Under the pieces are notes generated by a model. The model was not told the DNA's origin, did no database searches, and saw nothing but the letters and a program-made list of their open reading frames with translations. The position numbers were made by a program, and so were the translations under genes. A stretch of 63,087 nt of DNA from Acidimicrobiales bacterium. GTDB taxonomy: Bacteria > Actinomycetota > Acidimicrobiia > Acidimicrobiales > RAAP-2. Within the stretch, counting starts at the first letter, position 1; every line of letters begins with the position of its first letter. Location of the stretch: assembly GCA_017883075.1 (NCBI GenBank), contig JADGOI010000001.1, forward strand, positions 1 through 63,087, written 5' to 3'. Below, piece by piece: positions 1-9,428 of this stretch.

Positions 1-43
1 GTTCCAGTGTGTCGACAGCCCGAGCCCGCCAAGCCGAGACCTC

Positions 44-571
44 CTACGGGCGGCTGCTGACCTCGGGACCTTGTCGGGCCAGCCAACGCAGGCGGGCGGC
101 TCGGGCGTCCCACGAATAGATCACCGCGGTGCCCGCCAACAGGTCGTGGAGGGCCCGACGCTCCCGTTGGACCAAAATGCCGATGAATCCCAGACCGAAC
201 ACCACGATGCTCAACGGCAATGCCAGCGTGCGAAGTGTCGCTTCTCGCGGTGTCAATGAGGTTCCGTCGGCTTTCACCACCTGAATCCCCAACATCGCCA
301 TGCCGATGGTCTTCCCATTGAGCGCCCATTGATAGGCGAAGTAGACGAACTCCCAGGCCACCAGCACGACCAACGTCGCAATCTGGTGCCGGTCAACAGA
401 AAAAGTCCTTCCCGTCGCCAACTCCACAGTCAGGGAGACGGCGCCGAGCCCGAGCGTGTACAGGCCCCACGAAGCCCCCACGTCAGTAGCAAAGGCAGCG
501 AGTCGGCTGACCGCTCCGGCATAGTGACCTTGTCTCCCTTCGTTGAGTCCAATGGGCGGGGCGGCAACCAT
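44..571 (-). CDS. RDD family integral membrane protein (about 175 aa)
   Basis: Part of ORF 44..697. The TM-rich sequence with a conserved ...RRALHDLLAGTAVI... C-terminus is typical of RDD domains. I place the start at the internal ATG at 571..569 (MVAAPPIG) because it forms an ATGA overlap with the stop (573..571) of the upstream gene. The longer start at 697 would overlap that gene by 127 nt. Confidence 0.7.
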   Translation of the reverse strand: MVAAPPIGLNEGRQGHYAGAVSRLAAFATDVGASWGLYTLGLGAVSLTVELATGRTFSVDRHQIATLVVLVAWEFVYFAYQWALNGKTIGMAMLGIQVVKADGTSLTPREATLRTLALPLSIVVFGLGFIGILVQRERRALHDLLAGTAVIYSWDARAARLRWLARQGPEVSSRP

Positions 572-1152
572 CACTGACCGTTTCCGGTCCGGACGTTCAC
601 CGGTGGAGCCGTGCCTGACGGCGGAGCTACGGGCACCAATGTTCGAGGGCCGAGAGGCAACGCTTCCGCTGTCCGTCGCAGAACCCGATTGGTCCATCGG
701 GCGAAGAAATCGTCGAGGCCCACACTTTGAGCTCTGATCACGTCGAGGACCTCCGAGGCCACACCGGACGTCGACCTCGCGATGATCGAACCCAATTCGG
801 TCTGTGCTACAAGTGATTCGATGTCGAGCTGGTCGACGAGCCGACGGACGTCGACCCGTTCAACCAGTGCGTTGACATCCACCCTCTCGAGGAGTTTCTC
901 CACGTCGACTCTTTCCACGATCTTCTCGACGTCCACCCGGTCGATAAGTGCGTCGGCGTCGACCCGTGATACCAAGCCATCGACGTCGATCCGCTCCAGA
1001 ATCGCATTGAGGTCGATCGAGTCGATCACCAAATGGGCCACACGCTCGGCGATAGACTGCGCCATGCGTTCGAGGCGGTCATTGATCGGATTCGGGCTCA
1101 CGTCGATGTACCCCGACATTCGGGCCACAGGTGCATGCCGACAGTGTCCCAT
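571..1152 (-). CDS. Hypothetical protein with nine tandem nonapeptide repeats (consensus VDVxxLVER)
   Basis: 193-aa ORF. Residues about 46-126 read IDLNAILER IDVDGLVSR VDADALIDR VDVEKIVER VDVEKLLER VDVNALVER VDVRRLVDQ LDIESLVAQ TELGSIIAR. The stop overlaps the RDD start (ATGA). I recognise no family. The start is uncertain; an alternative ATG lies at 1119. Confidence 0.6.
   Translation of the reverse strand: MGHCRHAPVARMSGYIDVSPNPINDRLERMAQSIAERVAHLVIDSIDLNAILERIDVDGLVSRVDADALIDRVDVEKIVERVDVEKLLERVDVNALVERVDVRRLVDQLDIESLVAQTELGSIIARSTSGVASEVLDVIRAQSVGLDDFFARWTNRVLRRTAEALPLGPRTLVPVAPPSGTAPPVNVRTGNGQ
775..1017 (-). repeat. Coding tandem repeat, 9 x 27 bp (nonapeptide repeat array)
   Basis: Visible in the translation of ORF 571..1152. 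The 27-nt period is degenerate at the DNA level but conserved at hydrophobic and acidic positions of the protein. Confidence 0.7.
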
Positions 1153-1238
1153 CGGAGGCAGTTAGCACCGGGGACCGTCGCTCGATGGAGCATCAGCCCG
1201 GGCAGGTTCTCGACCATGCCATAGGGCAGCCCCCAACG

Positions 1239-1652
1239 TCACCAGCGAAGAGCCGAGGTGTGACTGCCGAAGTAGGCGATATTGCGAACCGCCTCGAGCC
1301 CAGCCCCGGTGGGGATGTACCGACCCACCCCGCGCCGGATCCCGCTCAAGAACTCAGGCGGATACGGGCCGCCTGATGATGGGTTTCCGATCACCACGAA
1401 GAGGACCACCGCCAGGGCGCTACCCAACTCGCCAATCACCGCCTGAAATGCGGTGGCGGCCATAGACACCGCCAAGACCACGAGTGTCCCGATACCCATG
1501 AGGTCCAAACGGTTGGCCCCGAACAGGTGAAGACCTGGCCCGCCCGGGAGAGCCCCGAATACTCCCGAGTCCACGGAAAACACTGCAAGCGCCGCGCTGC
1601 GGAGAAGCGTCTGCCGCAGATCCAGATCAGTACCGCGAGCCAATCCGAGCAC
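1239..1652 (-). CDS. C-terminal fragment of an ABC-2/YhgE-type (DUF3533-like) membrane protein
   Basis: 137-aa ORF with 3-4 TM segments and a ...VIGNPSSGGPYPPEFLSGI... motif resembling the C-terminal half of YhgE/DUF3533-type permease-like proteins. This frame stays open upstream to about 1717, overlapping the end of ORF 1697..2164. Confidence 0.5.
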   Translation of the reverse strand: MLGLARGTDLDLRQTLLRSAALAVFSVDSGVFGALPGGPGLHLFGANRLDLMGIGTLVVLAVSMAATAFQAVIGELGSALAVVLFVVIGNPSSGGPYPPEFLSGIRRGVGRYIPTGAGLEAVRNIAYFGSHTSALRW

Positions 1653-1696
1653 ACTGGCGACCAGGTAGCCGCCTACGACCCACCCCCCACAACAAG

Positions 1697-2164
1697 TTAG
1701 GACGGTCCGAGTCCCTGAGGGTCATTGGCAGGAAACGGCAGCACATGGACCACGTTGAAGGTGACGCTCAATTGTTTCTCGACGGGATCAATGGCGCGTT
1801 CGACCACCGTTGCCACAACCGGACTGGGTGAACCCGACACCACAATGTCGACCTTCGACCCGTTCACGACGACAAAGGCATCAATGGTGTGGTCGGCCAC
1901 AGCCCGCAGGGCACTGGTCGAGTCAGGGTCCGACACCGGGCTGAACTGCGAGCCTTGCCTTTGAATCGTGGCGATCAGAGCGTGCTGGGTCGAGGCCGAC
2001 CCCACCACGCCAACCGGCACCCCGTGTGGGTAGGGATGGCTCAACCCACCTAGATAGGAAAAGATGAACGCCACCTCAATGGCCAGTACTCCGGCCATAA
2101 TGACGGCGGTCCGTCGCAGCGAGGACCTCGCCAAGGATCGAAAGTTCTGCACCATCCGGGCCAA
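1697..2164 (-). CDS. N-terminal fragment of the same ABC-2/YhgE-type membrane protein
   Basis: 155-aa ORF with an N-terminal TM segment followed by a soluble loop domain (VPVGVVGSAS...AFVVVNGSKVDIV), as at the N-terminus of YhgE/ABC-2-like proteins. It ends at a TAA (1699..1697) and is in a different frame from the downstream fragment. Confidence 0.5.
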   Translation of the reverse strand: MARMVQNFRSLARSSLRRTAVIMAGVLAIEVAFIFSYLGGLSHPYPHGVPVGVVGSASTQHALIATIQRQGSQFSPVSDPDSTSALRAVADHTIDAFVVVNGSKVDIVVSGSPSPVVATVVERAIDPVEKQLSVTFNVVHVLPFPANDPQGLGPS

Positions 2165-2203
2165 CTAACTGCCGACAATGGCGTCGCCATCGGCGTCAAG
2201 GGG

Positions 2204-2665
2204 TCAATGGGCGGAGAGCTTCGCCACCGCCTCGAGCGCTCGGTCCGCATGCACGTTCATCCGCACTTCGCTATGGATGACGGCCGCCACTCTGAGATCG
2301 CTTCCGATCACGAACGTCGCCCGTTTGGTGGGTGAAAGGGCTGTGAAACGGCGCCTCACCCCGTACTGGGTGGCTACTGCGCCATCAGGGTCGGAAAGCA
2401 GAGGAAAATCGAAGGAGTGCTTGTCCGAGAATCGCTTCTGCTTCTCCACCGCGTCGGCGCTGATGCCGATCCTTTGGGCACCCACCGCATCGAACTCCGC
2501 TTTCATATCTCGGAAATGGCAGCTTTCCGCCGTGCAGCCCGGCGTCATCGCCGCCGGGTAGAAGAACAGGACAACCGGGCCATCAGCGACCATTTCGCTG
2601 AGCCGCCTGGGAGCTCCGTTTTCGTCGGGTAGTTCGAAGTCCGGTGCGATATCGCCTTCGTGCAT
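2204..2665 (-). CDS. Peroxiredoxin, AhpC/TSA (Bcp-like) family (153 aa)
   Basis: DIAPDFELPD...VVLFFYPAAMTPGCTAESCHF... is a thioredoxin-fold peroxidase motif. I chose the ATG at 2665. The 46 upstream codons of ORF 2204..2803 have poor third-position G+C by my count. Confidence 0.85.
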   Translation of the reverse strand: MHEGDIAPDFELPDENGAPRRLSEMVADGPVVLFFYPAAMTPGCTAESCHFRDMKAEFDAVGAQRIGISADAVEKQKRFSDKHSFDFPLLSDPDGAVATQYGVRRRFTALSPTKRATFVIGSDLRVAAVIHSEVRMNVHADRALEAVAKLSAH

Positions 2666-2803
2666 ACGCCGAGGATAATGGCCAACCGGGGGAGGCGCCT
2701 GACGGGTCACCTCGGCTGGGGGCCAGGTCGCTGGGCCTCCAGGTCGTCGTACGACCCGGTCATCCAACCCGGTCGCGCATCCCGACCGCAGTACCCGGTC
2801 CAC

Positions 2804-3304
2804 TCAGGTGGGAACGTTTCTTTGGAACACAGCTGTGCTGATTCTGAGGAACTTGCAGACCACCGCGATCTCGTCAGCGGCGAAATCGGCCAGCGCCGCC
2901 CGGGCATCCTCGATCATCGGGAGGTGGCACGCATGGACCTTCAGTTGCGCAACCGGGACCATTTCCACCAGTACCCGGCGTCGATCGTCCTCATCCCTCA
3001 AGCGACGCACGAAGCCGGCAGCCTCCAACCGGTCGATCACGAAGGTGATTGTCCCCGTCGAGAGCCGGGACGCGTGGGCCAGCGCTCCGGCGGTCATCGG
3101 CTGGTGCCGGTCAAGAATTTCGATGCACCGGAAATCGGTTCGGTTGAGCCCGAGCTTGTCGGCAACGGCTTCATCGAAGATATCGACGGCCGTCTGGTAG
3201 GCCCGCATCGCTTCGACCAGGTCTGGGTGCCCCGAACCTGTTGCCGAGCCCGGCTTACCGGCTACCTGTCCCCCGAACTCGGCCTGGTCCAACTTGGTTG
3301 ACAC
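2804..3304 (-). CDS. MarR family transcriptional regulator
   Basis: 166 aa with a winged-HTH core (...LNRTDFRCIEILDRHQPMTAGALAHASRLSTGTITFVIDRLEAAGFVRR...). GTG start. Divergent from the ABC exporter and co-directional with the peroxiredoxin. Confidence 0.85.
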   Translation of the reverse strand: MSTKLDQAEFGGQVAGKPGSATGSGHPDLVEAMRAYQTAVDIFDEAVADKLGLNRTDFRCIEILDRHQPMTAGALAHASRLSTGTITFVIDRLEAAGFVRRLRDEDDRRRVLVEMVPVAQLKVHACHLPMIEDARAALADFAADEIAVVCKFLRISTAVFQRNVPT

Positions 3305-3388
3305 ACTAATACTCTAAATCCTAAGATATACAAATGTAAAGGGAGTTAGCTCCCTTCGTTCGCGCACTCGAAGACGGGATCGCCGCCG
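3305..3388. promoter_or_regulatory. Divergent promoter/operator region between the marR-like gene and the ABC exporter
   Basis: 84-bp intergenic region. Positions 3305-3340 are strikingly AT-rich (ctaatactctaaatcctaagatatacaaatgtaaa) in a G+C-rich window. Followed by the palindrome GGGAG-ttag-CTCCC (about 3341-3354). Confidence 0.5.
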
Positions 3389-4435
3389 ATGCCATACGCA
3401 ATCGAAGTCACCGATGTGAAGAAGACGTTCTCCGGCAAGCAGGAGGTCCGCGCCCTCGACGGGGTGAGCTTCAACGTCGAGGAGGGAACCGTCTTCGGTC
3501 TGCTCGGTCCCAATGGATCAGGCAAGACGACAGCCGTGCGGATATTGACCACCATTCTCAACGCCGACAGCGGCTCCGCACTTGTCCTCGGCCACGACGT
3601 GGCCAAGCAGGCCGATCTGGTCCGCAGTCTGATCGGTCTGGCCGGTCAGTACGCTGCCGTCGATGAGAACCTGACCGGCCGGGAGAACCTGACCATGGTG
3701 GGTCGGCTCAACCACCTCCCGAAGTCGTACGTGGCCGGCCGGGCCAAAGAACTGCTCGAGCAGTTCGATCTGGCCGACTCCGGCAACCGCACCCTCAAGA
3801 CGTACTCGGGTGGCATGCGCCGGCGCCTCGACCTGGCCGCCGCCCTGGTGGCCCGGCCTACCGTGCTCTTCCTCGATGAGCCCACCACCGGTCTGGACCC
3901 CCAGAGCCGGAACGACATGTGGGAAGTCATCGAGAGTCTGGTGGGAGAGGGCACGACGGTGCTCCTCACCACCCAGTACCTCGAGGAAGCCGACCGCTTG
4001 GCCAACACCCTGTCCGTGCTTGATCACGGGCGGGTCATCGCCGAAGGCACCCCGGCCCAACTCAAGTCCGACCTGGGTGCCACCGTCCTCGAGGTGGGAT
4101 TGCACGATAACGACGACGTCGCCCGCACGGCTTCGGTATTGAATGCCATCGGCCCCCATGCCCCGAACATCAGCGGTCGGGTGGTGGAGGTCACCGTCGA
4201 CAACGGTCCGGTGGACGCCATGGAGGCCCTTCGATCGCTCGACCAGGCGGGCATCACTCCCACCACCTTCACCCTGCGGGAGCCCAGCCTCGATGACGCA
4301 TTCCTGGCTCTGACCGGGCACCGCACCGAAGACGGAGACGGAGAGGACGGATCGGCAGCAAAGGGCTCGGGCGGCGCCGGGGATCGCGCCGGTCAACCCG
4401 AATCGGCGACCGTCCCGGTTGGAGGCAACCGATGA
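3389..4435 (+). CDS. ABC transporter ATP-binding protein (DrrA/ABC-2 exporter type)
   Basis: Walker A GPNGSGKTT, signature YSGGMRRRL, Walker B LFLDEPTTGLD. C-terminal extension typical of DrrA-like ATPases. Confidence 0.9.
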   Translation: MPYAIEVTDVKKTFSGKQEVRALDGVSFNVEEGTVFGLLGPNGSGKTTAVRILTTILNADSGSALVLGHDVAKQADLVRSLIGLAGQYAAVDENLTGRENLTMVGRLNHLPKSYVAGRAKELLEQFDLADSGNRTLKTYSGGMRRRLDLAAALVARPTVLFLDEPTTGLDPQSRNDMWEVIESLVGEGTTVLLTTQYLEEADRLANTLSVLDHGRVIAEGTPAQLKSDLGATVLEVGLHDNDDVARTASVLNAIGPHAPNISGRVVEVTVDNGPVDAMEALRSLDQAGITPTTFTLREPSLDDAFLALTGHRTEDGDGEDGSAAKGSGGAGDRAGQPESATVPVGGNR

Positions 4436-5259
4436 CCACCACCATCTCCATCCCGACAGTCACCGGCGCTCCACTGGCTACCGGGGTCGGCGCACGCGTT
4501 CGCTGGGCGATCTCGGACACGCTGACGGTCACCAAGCGGAACTTGATCGCCATTACCCGAATTCCCGAGGCGCTGTTCTTCTCCACCGTGCAGCCGATCA
4601 TGTTCGTGCTGCTGTTCCGCTATGTCTTCGGCGGGGCGATCCATCCGGGGCATGGGATCAACTATGTGAACTACCTGATGCCGGGGATCTTCGTGCAGAC
4701 AGTGGCATTCGGCGCCATACAGACAAGTATCGGGCTCGCCGAAGATCTCCAAAAGGGGCTCATCGAGCGATTCCGGGCCCTGCCCATGGCACGCTCGGCA
4801 GTGCTGGCCGGGCGTACGACCGCGGACCTCTGCCGGAACGTGATGGTGGTCATCGTCATGACCGGTGTCGGATTCCTGGTTGGGTACCGCCCGACCACCG
4901 GGGTACTTCCCTATCTGGCCGGAACCGGACTCATCCTGTTGTTCGCCTACGCCCTGTCGTGGGGCTTTGCCCTGATAGGACTCTCCGCCCCCAACAGCGA
5001 GACGGCACAAGTCATGTCGTTTCCGCTTCTGTTCCCGTTGACGTTTGCCTCCTCCGCCTTTGTCCCCCTTGCGGACATGCCCAGTTGGCTGCGCGGCTTC
5101 GCCACCTATCAACCGGTGAGCGTGGTGGTGACGGCATGTCGGTCCCTGATGCTCGGGGGGCCTACCTCTCACTGGGTAGTCCAGGCGGTGGCATGGACGG
5201 TAGGGCTCCTGATCGTGCTGCCCCCGTTTGCCGTCTGGCGGTACCGCACCCGAACGTAA
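4432..5259 (+). CDS. ABC-2 type transporter permease (DrrB-like)
   Basis: 275 aa with six predicted TM segments. ATGA overlap with the ATPase gene (4432-4435). Confidence 0.85.
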   Translation: MTTTISIPTVTGAPLATGVGARVRWAISDTLTVTKRNLIAITRIPEALFFSTVQPIMFVLLFRYVFGGAIHPGHGINYVNYLMPGIFVQTVAFGAIQTSIGLAEDLQKGLIERFRALPMARSAVLAGRTTADLCRNVMVVIVMTGVGFLVGYRPTTGVLPYLAGTGLILLFAYALSWGFALIGLSAPNSETAQVMSFPLLFPLTFASSAFVPLADMPSWLRGFATYQPVSVVVTACRSLMLGGPTSHWVVQAVAWTVGLLIVLPPFAVWRYRTRT

Positions 5260-5341
5260 TCGGATGACTGAGGAAGACCTGAGGGGACGACGTCGAGCGC
5301 CGCCATGGCGCCGGGTGTCCGGGAGTGGGCAGAATGGGCCC

Positions 5342-8041
5342 ATGGCACCAACTCCTTCCTCAGCGTCCGCCCCCAACAGCTTCGGCGCCCGGGCCGACCT
5401 GACAGTGGGCGACAAGACGTATGAGATCTTCCGGATCAAGGCCCTGGCCGACCGGTACGACGTGGCCCGGCTCCCCTATTCGATCAAAGTCGTCCTCGAG
5501 AACCTGCTCCGGCACGAGGACGGTCTCGCCGTCAGCCCCGACGACATCGAAGCGGTGGCCGACTGGGGCCGCGACCCCGGGCGCCACGGCGTGGGGGGGA
5601 GTGACGCCGTCGAGATCGCCCTCACCCCCGAACGGGTCCTCATGCAGGATTTCACCGGGGTCCCCGGTGTGGTCGACTTGGCGGCCATGCGGGACGCCCT
5701 CGCCGAGTTGGGGGGAGATCCGGCCAAGGTGAATCCACTGGTTCCCGTCGAACTGGTCATCGATCACTCGGTGATCGCCGAGGTCTCGGGCACCTCCGAC
5801 TCGTACGACCAGAACGTCGACATCGAGTATCAGCGCAACATCGAGAGGTATCAACTGCTGCGCTGGGCCCAACAGGCCTTTGACGGATTCAGGGTCGTCC
5901 CGCCCGGTGCCGGCATCTGCCACCAGGTCAATCTCGAGTACCTGTCGCGGGTGGTCTTCGGCACCGAAGACGGAAGGGCCTACTGCGACACGCTGGTCGG
6001 CACCGACTCCCACACCACCATGGTCAACGGGCTCGGCGTGTTGGGCTGGGGGGTCGGCGGCATCGAAGCCGAGGCGGCCATGCTCGGCCAACCCCTCTCC
6101 ATGCTCCTCCCGCCGGTGCTGGGATTCCGCCTCACCGGACGCCAGCCGACCGGGACCACCGCCACCGACCTGGTCCTCACCATCACCCAACTGCTCCGCC
6201 AGCGCGGCGTGGTGGGCAAGTTCGTGGAATTCTACGGACCTGGCGTGGCGGCGGTGCCGTTGGCCAATCGGGCCACCATCGGCAACATGTCACCCGAATA
6301 CGGTGCCACCTGCGCCATCTTCCCCATCGATGATGTGACCCTCGACTATCTGCGGTTCACCGGCCGCGACGATGACCATGTGGCCCTGGTCGAGGCCTAT
6401 GCCAAGGAACAGGGCATGTTCCAATTCCCCGATGGACCGGAGCCCGTTTTCTCCGACACCATCGAGCTGGATCTCTCCACGGTGGTCCCGAGCATCGCCG
6501 GTCCCGCCCGCCCCCAAGATCGGGTCCCGTTGTCCGACGCCAAAGATGCCTTCCACGCCGCTCTCGGGCGCGAGAAGAAGTCGGCGCCGGCCACCCTGGC
6601 CGACGGATCGACAGTGCCCATTGAGGACGGTCACGTGGTGGTGGCCGCCATCACCAGTTGCACCAACACCTCGAATCCCCAGGTGATGGTGGCGGCCGGG
6701 CTTCTGGCCAAGAAGGCGGTCGATCTCGGGCTGCGACCCAAGCCCTGGGTCAAGACCACCCTCGCCCCCGGGTCCCGGGTGGTCATGGACTACTTCGACC
6801 GCGCCGGGCTCACCGGGCCGTTGGCAGAAGCCGGGTTCGACCTGGTCGGCTTCGGTTGCACCACCTGCATCGGCAACTCCGGCCCCCTGCTCACCGGAGT
6901 CTCCGAAGCCGTCCAGGGTGGTGACCTCTCGGCGGTTTCCGTGCTGTCGGGAAACCGGAACTTCGAAGGACGGATCCACCCTGACGTACGGATGAACTAC
7001 CTGGCCTCGCCGCCGTTGGTGGTGGCCTACGCCCTGGCCGGCACCATGGACATAGACCTCGACAACGACTCGCTGGGCACAGACACCAACGGCAACCAGG
7101 TGCACCTCGCCGACCTGTGGCCGTCGGCCCAAGAGGTGACCGAGGCCATCCGCACCTCGTTGACCTCGGAGATGTTCCGCGACAGGTACAACTCGGTGTT
7201 CGACGGCGATGAGCGCTGGCAGAATGTGGAGACGGCCTCCGGCAATACCTTCGCCTGGGACAACGGCTCCACCTACGTGTTACGCCCACCGTTCCTCGAA
7301 GGGCTGGCGCACGAGCCGACACCGGTGACCGACATCAGCGGTGCCCGGGTACTCGCCGTCCTCGGGGACAGTGTGACCACCGACCACATCTCACCGGCAG
7401 GAAGCATCGGCCCGTCGACACCGGCGGGACGCTATCTGGCCGACCATGGGGTGGAACGCGGGGATTTCAACTCCTATGGATCTCGCCGGGGCGACCACGA
7501 AGTGATGATGCGAGGCACGTTCGCCAATATCCGTCTGCGCAACCAACTCGCTCCCGGCACCGAAGGAGGTATCACCCTTCACCTCCCTGAGGGCGTGCAG
7601 ACCACCATCTTCGACGCCTCTGTCGAATACGCCGCAGAGGGCATTCCGTTGGTGGTACTGGCGGGCAAGGAGTACGGATCCGGATCGTCCCGTGATTGGG
7701 CGGCCAAGGGAACTGCACTGCTGGGCATCCGCGCCGTCATCGCCGCCGGCTACGAAAGGATCCACCGATCCAATCTCATCGGGATGGGCGTCTTGCCGCT
7801 GCAGTTCGCCGACGGCCAGAGTCCGGCATCGCTGGGTCTCACCGGTCACGAGGTGTTCGCCATCTCGGGAGTCGAGTCCCTCAACGGTGGAGATGTTCCC
7901 AAAGAGGTCACCGTGCGGGCCACGGATGCGGACCGGGTGGTGGAGTTTTCCGCCCGGTTGCGGATCGACACCCCGATGGAGGCCGAGTACTACCGCCACG
8001 GCGGGATCCTTCCGTACATGCTTCGCCAAATGGCGGTTTAG
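5342..8041 (+). CDS. acnA: Aconitate hydratase A
   Basis: About 899 aa, collinear with AcnA/IRP-type aconitases (...[16 protein letters not shown]..., ...[26 protein letters not shown]..., ...[10 protein letters not shown]..., ...[11 protein letters not shown]...). The start is moved to the ATG at 5342 (MAPTPSS...); the track start at 5228 overlaps the permease gene. Confidence 0.93.
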   Translation: MAPTPSSASAPNSFGARADLTVGDKTYEIFRIKALADRYDVARLPYSIKVVLENLLRHEDGLAVSPDDIEAVADWGRDPGRHGVGGSDAVEIALTPERVLMQDFTGVPGVVDLAAMRDALAELGGDPAKVNPLVPVELVIDHSVIAEVSGTSDSYDQNVDIEYQRNIERYQLLRWAQQAFDGFRVVPPGAGICHQVNLEYLSRVVFGTEDGRAYCDTLVGTDSHTTMVNGLGVLGWGVGGIEAEAAMLGQPLSMLLPPVLGFRLTGRQPTGTTATDLVLTITQLLRQRGVVGKFVEFYGPGVAAVPLANRATIGNMSPEYGATCAIFPIDDVTLDYLRFTGRDDDHVALVEAYAKEQGMFQFPDGPEPVFSDTIELDLSTVVPSIAGPARPQDRVPLSDAKDAFHAALGREKKSAPATLADGSTVPIEDGHVVVAAITSCTNTSNPQVMVAAGLLAKKAVDLGLRPKPWVKTTLAPGSRVVMDYFDRAGLTGPLAEAGFDLVGFGCTTCIGNSGPLLTGVSEAVQGGDLSAVSVLSGNRNFEGRIHPDVRMNYLASPPLVVAYALAGTMDIDLDNDSLGTDTNGNQVHLADLWPSAQEVTEAIRTSLTSEMFRDRYNSVFDGDERWQNVETASGNTFAWDNGSTYVLRPPFLEGLAHEPTPVTDISGARVLAVLGDSVTTDHISPAGSIGPSTPAGRYLADHGVERGDFNSYGSRRGDHEVMMRGTFANIRLRNQLAPGTEGGITLHLPEGVQTTIFDASVEYAAEGIPLVVLAGKEYGSGSSRDWAAKGTALLGIRAVIAAGYERIHRSNLIGMGVLPLQFADGQSPASLGLTGHEVFAISGVESLNGGDVPKEVTVRATDADRVVEFSARLRIDTPMEAEYYRHGGILPYMLRQMAV

Positions 8042-8697
8042 CTCGCCAGCGGCAACACGAACCAGGCGATCACCACGAAGTGCACGACGGCGCCCACGAT
8101 GGTGCAGGCGTGGAACACCTCGTGGTAGCCGAATACTCCCGGAATCGGATCGGGGCGCTTGAGGGCGTAGACCACTGCCCCTGCGGTGTAGGCAAAGCCA
8201 CCGACAAAGAGGAGGACGAACCCGGTCACGCCGAGAACATGGAACAACTGGGGCAATACCGCCAAGGCCGACCATCCCACCACCACATAGGGGACCGCGA
8301 TCACCGACTTGGGAGCGTCGAGCCAGGTTTGGCGAATGGTGATGCCAACCACGGCACCACCCCAGACGATGCACAACACGGTGACGCGGGCCCAACCGCC
8401 CAGGGCAATTCCGGCGACCGCCGTATAGGAACCGGCGATGGCGACGAAGATGGTCGAATGGTCGGCCCGGCGCATCCGGCGTCGGCCCACCGGCCCCCAG
8501 GTATGACGATGGAAGAGCGCACTGACACCGAACAACGTCGAGATGGAGATGGCATAGATCGCCGTCACCGCCTTCGATCCCGCGGTCGGAGCCGCCCACA
8601 CCAGAGCCGCGCCCGACACCAGCGAGACGAAGAAGCCCACCTCGTGGAGCACGCCCCGTAGCCGGGGTTTCACTGTCTCGACAGGTTCGTCCATCAT
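8038..8697 (-). CDS. Hemolysin III / PAQR family membrane protein
   Basis: Seven TM segments with the ...[12 protein letters not shown]... C-terminal motif of the hemolysin III family. The start ATG at 8697 (or 8694) overlaps the stop of the upstream amidotransferase (ATGATGA). The 3' end overlaps the acnA stop by 4 nt (convergent). Confidence 0.85.
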   Translation of the reverse strand: MMDEPVETVKPRLRGVLHEVGFFVSLVSGAALVWAAPTAGSKAVTAIYAISISTLFGVSALFHRHTWGPVGRRRMRRADHSTIFVAIAGSYTAVAGIALGGWARVTVLCIVWGGAVVGITIRQTWLDAPKSVIAVPYVVVGWSALAVLPQLFHVLGVTGFVLLFVGGFAYTAGAVVYALKRPDPIPGVFGYHEVFHACTIVGAVVHFVVIAWFVLPLAS

Positions 8698-9419
8698 GGC
8701 GCCGCCCCCAGGTCGACGAAACGCCGCAGGATGCGGCGCCCTGTGATTTCCACTTGGGACAGGCCGGATGCCCCGAGGACGGTCCCGGTCGGAAGATGGG
8801 GGCGCCACTGCTCGGCCAGTGTCGAGTTCACCTCGACGTGAAACTGGAAGCCGTAGGCCCGGGCACCCACCCGGAATGCCTGATGGGGAAACACCCTTGT
8901 CGCCGCCAAGTGCTCCGCCCCCGCAGGCAGGGCGAAAGTGTCGTGGTGCCAGTGCACGCAGGGAATGGCGGTGTCGGCCAGTCCTCCGTACTCCGGGCCC
9001 AGCACCCGGTCCCGACGACCGGAGGCAGTGAGGGTGACAGTGCCCACTCCGATCTCTGCGCTGTCCCCGGTGGTGACCTCAGCCCCGAGGGCGGCCGCCA
9101 GCTGCTGGGCCCCCAGACACACGCCCAGAACGGGTAGACCAGCGCGGGTGGCTGTCGCCAACAGCCGGCGTTCCTCAGCCAACCAAGGAAACCGGTCGGT
9201 GTCATGGACGCTCATCGGCCCGCCCAGGACAACCAGGCCTCCGATCCGGGCGACGTCGGCCAGGTCTTGGCCGAGGTCCGTCCGGATCACCTCGTAGCCG
9301 TAGCCGGCCGCGGCCAGCACCTCTCCGACCAAGCCGGGTCCTTCGTGGGCTACGTGTTGGATGATCGCCCACGGCCGGGGATCTCCGCCGGTCCGGGCGG
9401 TGACGACCGGTACGGTCAC
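8694..9419 (-). CDS. Type 1 glutamine amidotransferase-like protein
   Basis: 241 aa with the nucleophile-elbow motif LPVLGVCLGAQQLA and a later ...FQFHVE... (His/Glu) motif, as in class I GATase domains. Confidence 0.8.
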   Translation of the reverse strand: MTVPVVTARTGGDPRPWAIIQHVAHEGPGLVGEVLAAAGYGYEVIRTDLGQDLADVARIGGLVVLGGPMSVHDTDRFPWLAEERRLLATATRAGLPVLGVCLGAQQLAAALGAEVTTGDSAEIGVGTVTLTASGRRDRVLGPEYGGLADTAIPCVHWHHDTFALPAGAEHLAATRVFPHQAFRVGARAYGFQFHVEVNSTLAEQWRPHLPTGTVLGASGLSQVEITGRRILRRFVDLGAAP

Positions 9420-9428
9420 TCTGTCGGT

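Noticed and set aside
775-1017. Tandem repeats here and at 29786-29809 and 49012-49032 as possible CRISPR arrays.
   Set aside because: The repeat units are 27, 12 and 7 bp, directly abutting with no unique spacers, and no cas genes are present. None has CRISPR architecture.
2666-2803. GTG at 2803 immediately after the marR stop (TGAGTG) as the peroxiredoxin start, giving a 199-aa protein.
   Set aside because: The 46 extra codons have about 63% third-position G+C by my count, against more than 80% in the body of the gene. They encode no recognisable peroxiredoxin sequence, whereas the ATG at 2665 gives a standard N-terminus (MHEGDIAPDF).
4393-5439. 348-aa minus-strand ORF and similar long antisense or out-of-frame ORFs: 3518-4396, 5360-6190, 6290-7132, 7391-8599, 7696-8661, 9204-10178, 10808-11611, 11636-12331, 12467-13213, 13420-14280, 14723-15970, 23209-24213, 24286-24888, 31231-32394, 32359-33258, 41022-42185, 45964-46929, 50716-51858, 54242-55654, 61175-62464.
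   Set aside because: Each lies opposite, or out of frame with, a gene that has clear conserved motifs. Their translations are Arg/Gly/Pro/His-rich low-complexity sequence with no recognisable domains, as expected for stop-codon-poor G+C-rich DNA.
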